Part shown: positions 10,620 through 22,495 of the stretch, one piece after another
Position numbering within the stretch: position 1 is the first letter of the stretch
How the letters are laid out: each line of letters starts with the position of its first letter
Translations under genes and position numbers: made by a program
Assembly: GCF_006345805.1 (NCBI RefSeq)
Contig: NW_021835294.1
Span: 1-40,595, forward strand
Length of the DNA: 40,595 nt
Direction of reading: 5' to 3'
Origin: Octopus sinensis
Taxonomy: Eukaryota
Notes under the pieces: model-generated
Databases searched by the model: none
What the model was told of the DNA's origin: nothing
What the model saw: only the letters and a program-made list of their open reading frames with translations

Positions 10620-12011
10620 TAAAGGTTCTACTTACATTTCTTTGAAGATGTGGGCATGACCTCACCACACGTGGATCCGTCCCCTTCTTCTCCTCTGTCT
10701 CTTCGCGTAATTCGGTAAATCCGCGATCTTCCATATGGCCTTCTGGTTTCTGTCCTTTAGTTCCCGGTATAGGGGTTCTTCTATCATTGCACTCATGGTG
10801 TTGGATGTTCAGCGTAGTATTTTTGTGTTTTACAGTCTCGTCATTTATATACGTGTCTGTCGTATCGTGTTCTATTAACATAGCATTTTTGTTTTCTTCC
10901 GGGACAGATGGGCAGGGTTTCTTTTTTGTTGTCTGTGGTGCGTTTTTTCTGTTTTGTGTGGGGGATATGGGTGGGGAAGGTCTACGGGAACGTTTCTTTC
11001 CCACTGGTGTGAATCCACCCTCTGAAACCTCCATGGTGTTATCTGGCAGTTTCTTTCGGCGCAGTGTTTTCCGTTGGTGCCGGGTCTTCCGAGGGGGTTG
11101 GGTCATTTTGTTTATGTAGGGACTTGTGCGTGCCGGGGCTGGGTTTTTCTGTGCTTTGTTTGGGAACTAGCACCTCAACAACGGGGGTGGGAGTTTTTGT
11201 GGTTTTGTGGGGGCGGGTTTTTTTTGGTTATTTGAGGGGCCTGGTGTTTGCAACAACTTTTTTTTTTTCACAGTCAGCTCGAATGTGGCCCTTTTTTCCG
11301 CAATGGTAACAAGTGGGCTTACGGCCTTCCACATGTACCCTAAGAGCCACATTCTCCCCAACGAGTACTCTCTCTGGTAGGGCCTGAATGTCCTCCTGTT
11401 TTCCTTGTATTAAAACCGTTATGTTCCGCCCTAACCACAGCCGTTGGGCGGAACATGTGGTCTGTAATATGTTTATCCGGTCCGTCCTATTAAACAACAG
11501 GCCGGCCACCACCTCTTTCGGGTCTACTTTGGGTGGGATTTCATTAATCCTTACACGGGATGTTCGTCGCCCCATGTACGTTGGAAAAAGTACCACTTCC
11601 TTGGTCTTCAGGGGGGACACGGAGTGCCCGCGAGCCACCTTTTCCTCTGCGAATTGAACCTCAACGGATCCGTATGCCCGTCCCCTCGAGATATACACCA
11701 TATCGGAGCTAGGCATATTTCTATAGTTCCCTTCCCGAAGTGCTTAAACCTTTTGTCTTGTGGGCAGAAGGTTTTAAACACCACGGTCCTCTTTTCCGTT
11801 TCTAGCACGGTGGAGGAGGGCGATATCACAACATCACCTCCCTCCTCCTTCATTCTTTTAAAATATCTCTGCAGCATGTCTGCAGAGATATCTATATTTT
11901 CGGTTGCTACTTCTGCAACTGCCGAAAACTTTTTAACAGCGTTGGCGCAATTGCCAACATCAACATTGCTCTCTTCAAGAGTAGATTTCTCATGTATATT
12001 TCAACCGACAT
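10620..12011 (-). pseudogene. Tx1 ORF1 (gag-like nucleic-acid-binding protein with CCHC zinc knuckle), frameshifted
   Basis: Pieces in several frames: MSVE/NIHEKSTL...MLQRYF, then ...VEGRKPTCYHCGKKGHIRADCEKKK (CX2CX4HX4C), then a basic/Pro-rich tail with GGFTPVGKKRSRR. Frameshifts near 12005, 11720, the A-run at 11255-11268 and near 11120. Start and stop positions are approximate. Confidence 0.8.
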
Positions 12012-12683
12012 GGTTGAAAAGTAATTGGTTTCCCCACAAACTGGGAGACCTTTCGAAAAAAAGAAATTATCCTCTCACAGAGGACAAAAGTAATTAATTA
12101 ATTTTTTTTTTTTTTTTTTTTTAATGTTCGCAGTCCCACGTTCAAATCCCACCCCCGCTGGGGGGTGAGACGTAGCAACAAAGTCTACGACGATTTGAAA
12201 TTAATATTTCCACCACAACGAAATCCCCAAAAAGGGAAACCTATATTTTTTCCAAAACACGACGACGACAGTTCAAATCTCGCCCGTGCTACGGGCGGAT
12301 GTCACAATAGAGCCTACAATGGCTAAAGTTTAATTTTTTCACAACAACAGTTTGCTATCCCAAAAACGGAAAGCCTATAATATTTTTTTTTTTTTTTTTT
12401 TTTTCCTCTTAATAAGGATAACAGTTCAAATGCCACCCCCCGCCGGGGGGGCACGACAATAAAGCCTACAACGGCTTTAACAAGTTCAACAATATTAATA
12501 AATTCAATATTAATCACTTCAGTCTTACAACAATTACTTTTTCCCGTCACCGGGAAAAAAGTACAAAAATTCACAGAGTTCACAAAAATATTCAACAACA
12601 AACGTTGAACAGCAGAAAAATTATCCACGTGCGATAACACGTGTGACTCACCGCCAAAAAAAACACGTCCGACTTCGACGAAG

Positions 12684-12714
12684 GTTAGCAAGCTACTTAC
12701 CACACAGCCACTCT
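12684..12714 (-). mobile_element. SINE family A head fragment abutting the Tx1 5' end
   Basis: GAGTGGCTGTGTGGTAAGTAGCTTGCTAACC matches the head of the 37681 copy. Confidence 0.7.
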
Positions 12715-12818
12715 TATATATGTATATGTATATGTATATTCACGCATGCACACGTTTATAAATATATATATATGGGGGTGGGGTACGTGTGTGTGTGTAG
12801 TTATATATTCGAGTAAAT

Positions 12819-13163
12819 ACGCGTGGCTTTGTGTTTAGGATATTCGGTTCACGGTCGTCACGAGTTCGATACCCAGGGACGCATTGAGTTCTTGAGCAAG
12901 ACGCTTCATTTCACATTGATCCCTTCCATCCAGCTGACGAAAATGAGAAATGAGTTGCATCTGTAGAGCGTTGTTATTTTTTTTTGTGTCGCACTGAATC
13001 TCCTAGAGAACTATGTTCAATCTACTGATGTCTGTAGAATGATCAGTCGCTGCTACGTTGCTTTCACGAGCTGGCTACTTCGTTAGGTATTTCAAAAAAA
13101 ATAATAAAATAAAGAAATAGGTATCATTAACTGGAACACTCTTCGTCGTAACCGACGGAGTAT
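12819..13163 (+). mobile_element. tRNA-derived SINE family B, diverged
   Basis: Head GCGTGGCTTTGTGTTTAGG...GAGTTCGATACC. The tail is shared with family D. Confidence 0.65.
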
Positions 13164-14083
13164 CGGTTAATATATGTTTGATCAAACAGACACGAAAGAC
13201 GATGGTGTTAATCTGCGTCGACAAGGCTTATATCATGTAGCAAAATTCGGTAACAAGAGCAAAGTGAGCTTGCCCTGAGGAATGGATTTTCCACTCTTCA
13301 AAGCAAGTTCATTGTACACTTTCAATCGATATATGTCTATAATAAGAAATACCAAAACGAATTTCTGTGTGTCAGTGTGTCACGTTTTAAACCCCTCTCT
13401 CACTATTCATTAACACGTCCGCTATTACTCGTGATGGGAGTGAGAGTAATACTAGGCATAAAGACGGTGGGGGCGGTAGATAGATGTTTGTGATGGTAAT
13501 AGGGTGATAGTAATAGTATGAAGTATAGTTGTGATAGAGGCGGAGGCAACGGTGACGATGGTAGTGGTGGTGGTGGCTGAGACAGTCAGGGATGACGGTG
13601 ATAGTAAGTGATGGGAAAGACAGTGGTGATGGTGGTGGAGTACGCGATGTGAAAGACGGTGGTGATGGTAGTGGAGTAAGCAATATGAAAGTAATTGGTG
13701 ATGGTGGTGGAATAAGCGATGTGAAAGATGGTGGCGGAGGGGAAAGCGGCGAAGTCAAATGTATTGATGGTGGTGGCGTCAGAAGTCTGAATGGTACGCG
13801 TGTATGGCAGTTGTGGTGGTGATGGTGATAGTTGAAAAGAATCAGCAGAAAGAGGGAGAGAGAGAAAGAAAGAGGTTAGACAAAAAAAATATGTACTGAC
13901 CCCTGAAAGGCATGACAAAAATGTTGTTTATCATGCAGCTTTGCAATAAGTTCCAAGTCGACAAATTATATAATTGTTTTGATGAAACTTCTTCATTGCT
14001 TGAAAAGTATTGGTCAAGTTTAATAAAATTTAATATGTACTCAATGCGCATGAAGTGTCATTGTTGGGCCCAAGGTCCAATGA

Positions 14084-14164
14084 AGAGCCCTCCAGAGGAG
14101 CTAGCTTAAATGGCACCCTATCAGGCGGCTTTTCAACTAATATATACATATACATATATATATT

Positions 14165-14236
<72 letters not shown>

Positions 14237-14325
14237 TGTGCATGTATATATATGTATATATATATATATTAGTTTAAAAGCCGTCTGATAGGGTGTCTTT
14301 TAAGCTAACTCCGGTGGAGGGCTCT
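14084..14325. repeat. MITE-like fold-back: ~75-bp imperfect inverted arms around (TG)n
   Basis: AGAGCCCTCCAGAGGAGCTAGCTTAAATGGCACCCTATCAGGCGGCTTTTCAACTAATA versus the reverse complement of the right arm; 7 mismatches. Confidence 0.85.
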
Positions 14326-14337
14326 ATCTATCTATCT

Positions 14338-14378
<41 letters not shown>

Positions 14379-14384
14379 GATTCC

Positions 14385-14429
<45 letters not shown>

Positions 14430-14532
14430 TGATAGATAGATACATAAATAGATAGATAGATACATATATACATACCTACCTACCTACATACATACATACA
14501 TACATACATATATACATACATACATACATACG

Positions 14533-14766
14533 TGGAGGCGCAATGGCCTAGTGGTTAAAGGCAGCGGACTTGCGGTCGGAGGATCGCGGTTTCGATTCCC
14601 AGACCGGGCGTTGTGTGTGTTTATTGAGCGAAAAAACCCTAAAAGCTCCACGAGGCTCCGGCGGGATGTGGTGATCCCTGGTGTACTCTTTCACCACTCT
14701 AAAGGCGGTGCTCCAGCATGCCGCAGTCAAATGACTGAAACAGTACAAAAAAAAAAAAAAAAAAAA
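14533..14766 (+). mobile_element. Chimeric SINE: family D head joined to family A tail and poly(A)
   Basis: TGGCCTAGTGGTTA (A box) and GGTTTCGATTCC (B box). Switches at ~14698 to CTAAAGGCGGTGCTCCAGCATG...GACTGAAACA. Confidence 0.75.
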
Positions 14767-15129
14767 ATACATACATACATACATACATACATAGACAGAC
14801 AGACAGACAGTATTCAGGAATTCACTCTACTATGTGCTGCCTATCTATTAGTAAAGTGTATATGTATAACTCTATCGAATGTGCCAAAGGCAAACAGAAA
14901 TGCCTTTGTTGTGCAGTGAAGGCACGGAATGAAAATCTGAGCAATCAAATTATAAGACTATTTGTTGGCAACAAGTGCGTAATATATTATTAATGATAGC
15001 TTGCATCCGTCCAGGGCTATAATAGGTACGTACCATACATGTTGCGATATACAAGCATAGTATAATTTATCTACGTTGGCACCATAGGAACGCGTGTGAC
15101 TGCCTGCCTGTCTGTCTGTAAGCATGTAT

Positions 15130-15309
15130 ATATGCATGCATTGATCTGTCTATCTATCAATCTATCTATCTATTTTATTCTATTCTAGTTTATCTATCTG
15201 TCTATCAGTCTATCTATGTATCTATCTATTTCTCTATATATATATCTGTCTATCTATCTATTTGTCTATCTGTTTGTCTATTTATTTATCTATCTGTCTG
15301 TCTATCTAT

Positions 15310-15348
<39 letters not shown>

Positions 15349-15746
15349 TGTATCTATCTATCTGCCTGTCTCTTCTTTTTTCACTTCTCTTTTCTTTTGT
15401 TCCTTTTCCTTTTCTTTTATTTTATTTTTATTTTTTTATCTTTTATTTTATTTATTTATTTTTATTTTATTATTTTTTTGTTCTTTTCTTCCCTTTTACG
15501 ATCCCTCTTGATCGAAAACCTACGCCACCCCTTTTTTTGTTTCGTTTGTTTTTTGTTTTTTTCATCCCCCAAAAGAAAAGCTCTACCTTGTAACTTGTCC
15601 CATCTGTGTGCAGCCCTGTGTGGCCAATAAAGAAACTTATCTACACATCTATTTATCTACTTATCTATCTGTTTATCTATGTTTCTGTGTATATCTCCTA
15701 TCTATCTATCTATCTTTCTATCTATCTATCTATCTATCTATCTATC

Positions 15747-15779
<33 letters not shown>

Positions 15780-15873
15780 CCTACCTACCTATCTACTTAT
15801 CTATCTGTCTGCCTGTCTATCTATCTATTTAATTATTTATTTATCTATCTACCTATCAATCTATCTATCTATT

Positions 15874-15930
<57 letters not shown>
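15130..15930. repeat. (CTAT)/(ATTT)/(TG)n compound microsatellite
   Basis: Direct reading. Confidence 0.9.
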
Positions 15931-15932
<2 letters not shown>

Positions 15933-17791
15933 ATTTTTGTCTTGTCTGTATATGTGCTTATACATGAATGTGGGTGTCATTTTGAGCAAAACTTAATTTG
16001 GACGCGATTACTTCACTCAAGCTGCAACTCCAGACCTTATACTTATCAATTATTAAATAAACCACATCTCTCCGTACGTGATGTATACCACACGGCACCT
16101 GTCAAACCAACATTCTCCTTATAAGTTCCGCTCCCTCACAAACCACACTTCATCTTCTACACCTCCCCTTTAGTGAAATCCACGTCCCCACCTGTTTCTT
16201 ATCCCCAGCTTTTTTAATTTACTCATTTATCACTTCCATTAACGACCACAGTACCTTACTGCTCTGTGAAAGCTCTTTCGCCGAAAACTTTCAAATTCTT
16301 CACTCTTCCAGACGTCTCTTTACTTGGCTTAATTCTTCTGATGCTTCTAATGCGAATAACGATTTTTATATCTTACTCATAAACTCAAATCAAAATTAAC
16401 TGCATCACTCCGATCATGAAAGTGTCAAAGCAGTATCTGTGTCTTGGTCTGAAAACTCTCCGTACTGAAATGACATATCCGCTTGTTACATTCCGTCTCC
16501 CTCTAATGATTTAGCGGAATAGGATGTTTAATTAAATCTGAAGGCATCTCTAGATAATTGAAATATGAAGAACATATCGATCAATATAACAAATGTTAAC
16601 CTGTCTGATGCAGATAATTGGATTAAGCGCTTATCCTTTAAGACTCCGTCTAAGACCCAGTATCTCGCCAACTAAAGGTCTTTTTACGTGCTATTCAATA
16701 AATCGTTGGAAAATATCAACCCTCATGCTCTTTTCGTTTAATTTGTCTTTATTGGCGTCCGAATTAAGTTAATTTGTGCTGCCATTTACAAGCAGAAGTA
16801 TCAACCATGTATACTATACGTCTTAAAAGCAAAACGATACAAAGTGTAGAGTACTCCTAGATACATAATGTCTCCAAATATTTGGTAAATATTTGGTAGA
16901 ATTAGCATTCAATCTCTCTCACAGCATACCATTCGTCTTTCAAAAGTAAGGATACATAATACACTGTAGTCCAAGGTACACAGTATCTGTAAAATATTGT
17001 AGAAATAGCAGCCAATTTTATATCTTGCAACACATTAGGCGAATTTAAAGCGTAATGATAGATTACATAATGTGCTCTTACTTGGTGTGGTCATGGCTGG
17101 AATAATTTTGACATCGCAATTGCGATGTCACTTACAACAGTCTTCACCGACGTCGTTGGTGCTTCTGTGAGTCTTTTTACTTTTCTTTTTCCCTCCTCTT
17201 TCCTACAACACGTTTAATAACATAATCCTCCACATCTGATTCACCGCCTCTCTTCTCCATCGATGCAAATCCACGAGAGCCTTGCAGTGTTCGCGGGGTC
17301 ACCAGGTACTGTATATTCTTACATAACTTACCTGAAAATACGTTGTTGATGATCAACAGCTGTGCAGACAAACATTGCTTGGTGTTATGTCATCTGTTTT
17401 TTGTCCTTTTGCATAGATTTATCGGTTTGCTTGCGTGTGCATTTGTGTAAGTTTTTCAGTTTATCATTGTCCATTTGTGTGTAGATGTCTGTATACGTAC
17501 GTATCTAAGTTCATAAATTTGCATTTGTGTATTTTTGTTTGCGTGGTGAAGAGGCGAAGAGGTTTCCATGATGGCCGCAATCTTAGTTCCTGTGTGCATC
17601 TCTATGGTTTCCCTACGTTCATGCGTCTACGCATGCGTATATATTTGGGTTTACAGGCTAACATGTGTCAGTGTGTATACCCATGTATGTTAGTCTACGG
17701 CCGTATTGTTTATTTTGTTTGCTTCTCTCTGTACGCCTGTGTTTGTCCACCAATCTGCATGCATGTTTGTCCGTGTGTGCGCGGTTGCGTG

Positions 17792-18446
17792 TCTGTATTT
17801 CATTTTCTAGTTTAGTTTAGTTTAGTGTTTGTCTCAAAGACATTCTTCATTTTCGCTAAAATCTTGTTCCTCAATTTGACATTTTATGATTGAATTCGGC
17901 AAGAAATTCTGCCGAGAGCCGTTACTACCGTTATTGCTTACATATGTCTTATAATCAGTTTTCATGGAGAGAACGGCTTTCGAATCTTCAATAGAATTTC
18001 CCAGGTGGTTTATACTTTCGGAAGTGAGAAAGACATTCTTAATACTTTTAACTACAAGCACTGGCTCAAAGACGATAAGTTTCTTGTCCTTTCCGCGACC
18101 GGAAACGTGTAGCGCAGTCTGTTACTAATATTCCACCGTCTAATTTCTAGGTTCTCCGTCTCTCTCGACGATCAATATTAGAGATTTCAGTTGGTGAAGT
18201 GAACGTGGCTCTATTCGCGAAATTAATGAGTAGGTGGCTGGGTATTCCACAGATAGTGATTTATATAACCTTAACGTAATCCCTTGCGGTGAATCAGTGC
18301 GATAGATTGTAATTAATACTTCTGAATCCTTGAGGTAACGGTACAAGATTGAATAAAAGATTGGCATGTGTGTGTGTGTGTGAGCGTCAGTGTTTGTACA
18401 GAGACAGATCGATGCATGTCTGTGCTATTGATCGTAAATCTCAGTG
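17792..18446. repeat. Inverted segmental duplicate, copy 1 (partner 23347-24032)
   Basis: Direct base comparison with the reverse complement of 23347-24032. Confidence 0.95.
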
Positions 18447-18537
18447 AGTATATGAAGCTATTGCTAGTATATATATGTATATATATATACATACATACAC
18501 ACACACACACACATATATATATATTATATATATATTA

Positions 18538-18569
<32 letters not shown>

Positions 18570-18592
18570 GCATATATTATATATTATATATT

Positions 18593-18632
<40 letters not shown>

Positions 18633-19039
18633 ATGAATGTGTGTGTGTACATGCGTGTGCGTGTGTGTAGCAGGGAAAAGGAAATAAGGAGAAACTGATG
18701 AAGTACTTTAGAGAGCGTTGTTAGTGTATAGTATAGTGTTGCGTATCGTGAGATGTATGCAGTGGAAGTCAAGCATAGTTACGCATAGAATAGTATTACG
18801 CTGTGTTTTGTAATAACGTGAAATATATGAAGGCTTATGTAATTAGTTAGGTGTAGTTAAGTATAAATGTTAACTTGTGTGGTGTATTATTGCACTGTAT
18901 CATGTGATGATGTAACAGTGCTGAAACAGAGGATAAAGATCTTTCCCGAATAATGTAGACTCATACAGACGTTTTCTGGTTTCTGTGGTGTACACACTTC
19001 CCCTGGATGGGACGCCTTATTATTATTATTATTATTATT

Positions 19040-19460
19040 GAGTGAGGGAGCAGTTCATGCCATCAAAGTGACACTGGGGTAAAATATACGAAGTCCAATA
19101 TACTCATCATGACTACCCGTCTGATAAGGGTACACCAGGCACATGCATCACAACCATATGTGCGCGACATGGTGAGCTCATATCAAGATAAACAGCACAT
19201 GACCTTGCAGGTATGGCCCAGTTAGAAATATCTTCAGGTTGAGTAGCCCATCCCGCTCAAAAGGTCCCTGAATAATGGTTGTTTAAGGATGTTGAAAGAA
19301 CCACCCATGTTTCCAGAGGTGAATTAATCAAACCCCAAAGAATCCCTCTCAACACATGGCTATGATGCTCCCCCACTACTTCTGCTCGTGATCAGAGATG
19401 CACATATCGTCAGCCACTAAGGGACATGCTCAACTGGTTAAGGTCAAACAACTGACAAGC
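19040..19460 (-). mobile_element. Same non-coding retroposon, 5'-truncated copy 2
   Basis: Aligns to 5844-~6262 of copy 1. Flanked by (TAT)n on both sides. Confidence 0.8.
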
Positions 19461-19544
19461 TATTATTATTATTACTATTATTATTATTATTATTATTATT
19501 ATTGAATCATTTATTATTGTTATTATTATTATTACTTTTATTAT

Positions 19545-19673
19545 TTTCATATACAAACAACAGATTAGATCGTTGGAAAAGAAAAAAATTCTTAACATCG
19601 GGCTACACAAGTAACCCTTAATACCAAGAACCCTCCTAAGTATCCTAGCTGTCCCTAATAACACTGTTGTAGA
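19545..19673 (-). mobile_element. R4/Dong-type extreme 3' fragment
   Basis: Reads TTVLLGTARILRRVLGI, then a short UTR and (TAA)n. Confidence 0.7.
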
Positions 19674-19822
19674 ATTACTCATTTTCGCCAACTGAGTGGA
19701 CTGAAGCAACGTGAAACGGATTGTTTTGCTCAAAATCACAATGCACCGGTAACCCCAGGAATCGAAACCGTAATCTTACGATCATGAGTCCAACTCCCTA
19801 ACCACTGAACCACGAGCATCCA
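19674..19822 (-). mobile_element. SINE family B, 5' portion
   Basis: Reverse complement reads GTGGTTCAGTGGTTAGG...GGTTTCGATTCC...TTGAGCAA...AAAATGAG, as in 12819-12955. Confidence 0.65.
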
Positions 19823-19829
19823 TCCACAC

Positions 19830-20219
19830 ACCATAATGCAGCCAATTATTGTGAAGCCTCTGTAGGTTTGTGAAATGTGTTAAATAAAATGTCGATAAGC
19901 TTTGTTTTTTATTATCAAAATAATGGTCCTGCTTCCGGTAAATATTATTCGATGCTACTTGCTTCGTGACCTCAGAGTCTGTTACATATTCTAGCGTTTT
20001 TCATATGTCAATTTTCGTTTGCTTTATTATGAATTCTGCAAAATCACTGCTTGCAGAGAATGGTAGTGTCAATGTTCCAAATTTATTGAGTCTTCTTGCA
20101 AAGAATGCCTGTCAAAAATGTAAATTTCTTATATTATTATTCATTGAAATACAATAGAACTGAGAAAACCAAGTTTCCACACTTCTTCACAAAGACAAAA
20201 ATGTCAAGTTCTGTAAATC
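19830..20219 (-). pseudogene. Candidate degraded leucine-rich-repeat protein coding segment
   Basis: One frame of ~130 codons with only 3 TGA stops, containing LQNLTFLSL, MNNNIRNLHF*QAFF..LNKFGTLTL, SNNIYRKQDHYFDNKKQSLSTFYL and FTNLQRLHNNWL. Confidence 0.4.
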
Positions 20220-20400
20220 TATCAAAACACTATAGGCATGGAATCATCATGAAGACACAGAAGCACACCATCGCTATGACTGATTTTTAATAATAATGAT
20301 AATAATAATAATAATAATGATGATGACAACAACAACAACAACAACAACAACAACATCAACAATAATAATAATTATTATAATAATAATAATAATAATAATA

Positions 20401-20864
20401 ATGTACCTCATAAGACATGATAGACTAGGGCAGTACGTCCACTGGAATGCTTGTAAATACTACAAAATTAAATCTCATGATAAGTGGTACAGGCAACATC
20501 CAGTGGATGTAGTGAATGGCGGGGGTGTCACCATCCTTTGGAACTTCCCAATACAAACAGACAGAGAAATTGACTCCAATCGACCAGACATTTTGATCAA
20601 GGACAACAACACAGGAACTTGTCTGTTAATAGATATGTCAGTCCCACAAGATCAAAATGTCTCAAGAAAAGAATACGAAAATATTTCTCACTGTAAAGAT
20701 CTGCAAATTGAAATCACAAAATTGTGGAAGATTAGTAATTTAATAATACTAGTGGTAATTGGTTCTTTGGAATGATAAAGAAGGGAGCTGAGAAGTATAT
20801 TAAGCAACTCTCTGGTAACTCCAACCTCCGTGAGCTACAAAAGATAACCTTGATGGGTACAGCC
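20401..20864 (+). mobile_element. R4/Dong-type fragment, restriction-like endonuclease domain
   Basis: RHDRLGQYVHWNACKYY...ILWNFPIQTD...NRPDILIKD...CLLIDMSVP...E...K...VIGSL, then LQKITLMGTA. Contains RHD and PD..D motifs. Preceded by (TAA)n(CAA)n. The 3' end is missing. Confidence 0.88.
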
Positions 20865-22250
20865 TGAATCTTTCTTTCCTATGCAACATTTGAAATTTGT
20901 CAGAGCGGAGAGTTCTCTGAACATACTTAACGTAGCAGATAAGTTTCTTCCTAAGATTTCTACACTGGAGCGTCAATATCATTGTCTTCCTTTTGCACCA
21001 GTGATGCCCTGCAACCGATGGAGAGTCGTTACATGTTATAAGCACGCACACATCACACTTGACTACATAGCGTTTCGTTTCCAGTTACTCCAGTACTGAA
21101 CATCTGCCGCTTTTATACTACAAAGAATGACGATCAAATTGACTTTCTCAGAATTACCGTGACATATCGTCTTAATCATTTAGGCCATAATCCATCGGTG
21201 GTATGTGTGCGTAACCCACCAATTTCGTTTTTCTCTCTCGCCTCATTGAGAATTGTAAATGCTAGACTTATTGTTTCTGTTATGTCGCACGTTCGGATGC
21301 CTCTACTACTCAACTCTACTCTACGCTAATCTGTTCTAGTCTACCCTGACGTCTAGACTTCTCCCTCTATATCTACGTATTGGGCTAGCCTACTTCATCG
21401 TCTGGGGGTGTCCATACAACAGTTTCATAGGAAATGTTGCACCACACACCGATAAAAGCTACCTCTTATTGTAGCTTTGCGGACTCAAGGAAAGCATAAA
21501 TCGAGATCTCAATAAGTTTTTGCCTTCTAGATCTCTTTTAGATTAGTACGAAAAACTCATTTAGGGAGGTGTTTCCTTCGGTCTCATAACCCTGAAGCAT
21601 ACGCCATATTGTATCGACTATTTCACACAAACTTTAATACTTAGTACGTTAATAGCGTAATTGTTGACAAATTCGCCTGTATTTCTCAAAGCAATATTTT
21701 CACCCATCAAAATTGTCTAATTTTCTTTCTTTTGGAAATTGTTTTTGCAGTTGTTATTGTGTTAATATGTTATTGCTGTTCTTCTTGGGTTTTTTATTGA
21801 TATTTTTTTTGGTGGGGGAGGGGTTCTTTGTACTCTTGTTTATGCTGTGCAGATATTTCCTTTATCAAATTATGACGGCCTCTGCAGGTAAATTTTTCTA
21901 TTTCATATGTTTTTGAACATTTTTTTAATACGTTTTCGTGTATTCAAAGACTATTTCATCGTTTCTTATTCAGATAACCAGTTCAATACTTCACTCTTTC
22001 ATGTGACACTTCTCGCTGACGCTCTCGCAGAAGAACCGACATTGAATATATTTTAGATATGAGAAATTTCGGGGTAACACAAGTAAAATGATATCAAAAG
22101 GATGTTTCTCTCTATCCCAGTTGCTGAGGCGGATGTACAGACATTTCAAATGCTCCACCTTGAAAACTCATCTAGATTTTCAAACTCCGGAATTGATGAA
22201 ATACGTACCACTCCTCCAAAATTTCAGGCCTTGTGACGGAAGTAAAAAGA

Positions 22251-22292
<42 letters not shown>

Positions 22293-22326
22293 GTTATTAT
22301 TATTATTGTTATTGTTATTATTATTA

Positions 22327-22386
<60 letters not shown>

Positions 22387-22495
22387 CGTTATTATTATTA
22401 ATATTCAGGAGTCATTTTTAACACGTGCTTTCACTGCACTACCAAGCGCAGATGTGTATGTGTCATTGTGTCTGTATGTGTCTCATTTTGTCTGT

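Larger units (their letters stand above)
8541..12683 (-). mobile_element. Tx1-clade (L1-like) non-LTR retrotransposon; decayed, internally deleted, 3' end lost
   Basis: Minus-strand order: structured 5' UTR; ORF1 with CCHC knuckle; ORF2 with APE start (LNVRGL, ATETKL), RT motifs (GLDGLPYEF, RPITLLNTELKILAK, LDQSKAFDRVD, RQGCPLSPLLY, AYADD, KLLGVWF) and a C-terminal CPRC...H...C finger. Multiple frameshifts. Confidence 0.92.

Noticed and set aside
14533-14610. tRNA gene
   Set aside because: A and B boxes are present, but there is no closed acceptor stem and the sequence runs into a SINE body. The same applies to the other SINE heads.
17177-17250. Chromodomain-like EDYVIKRVVGKRR
   Set aside because: Stops immediately, with no YLVKWKG-type continuation.
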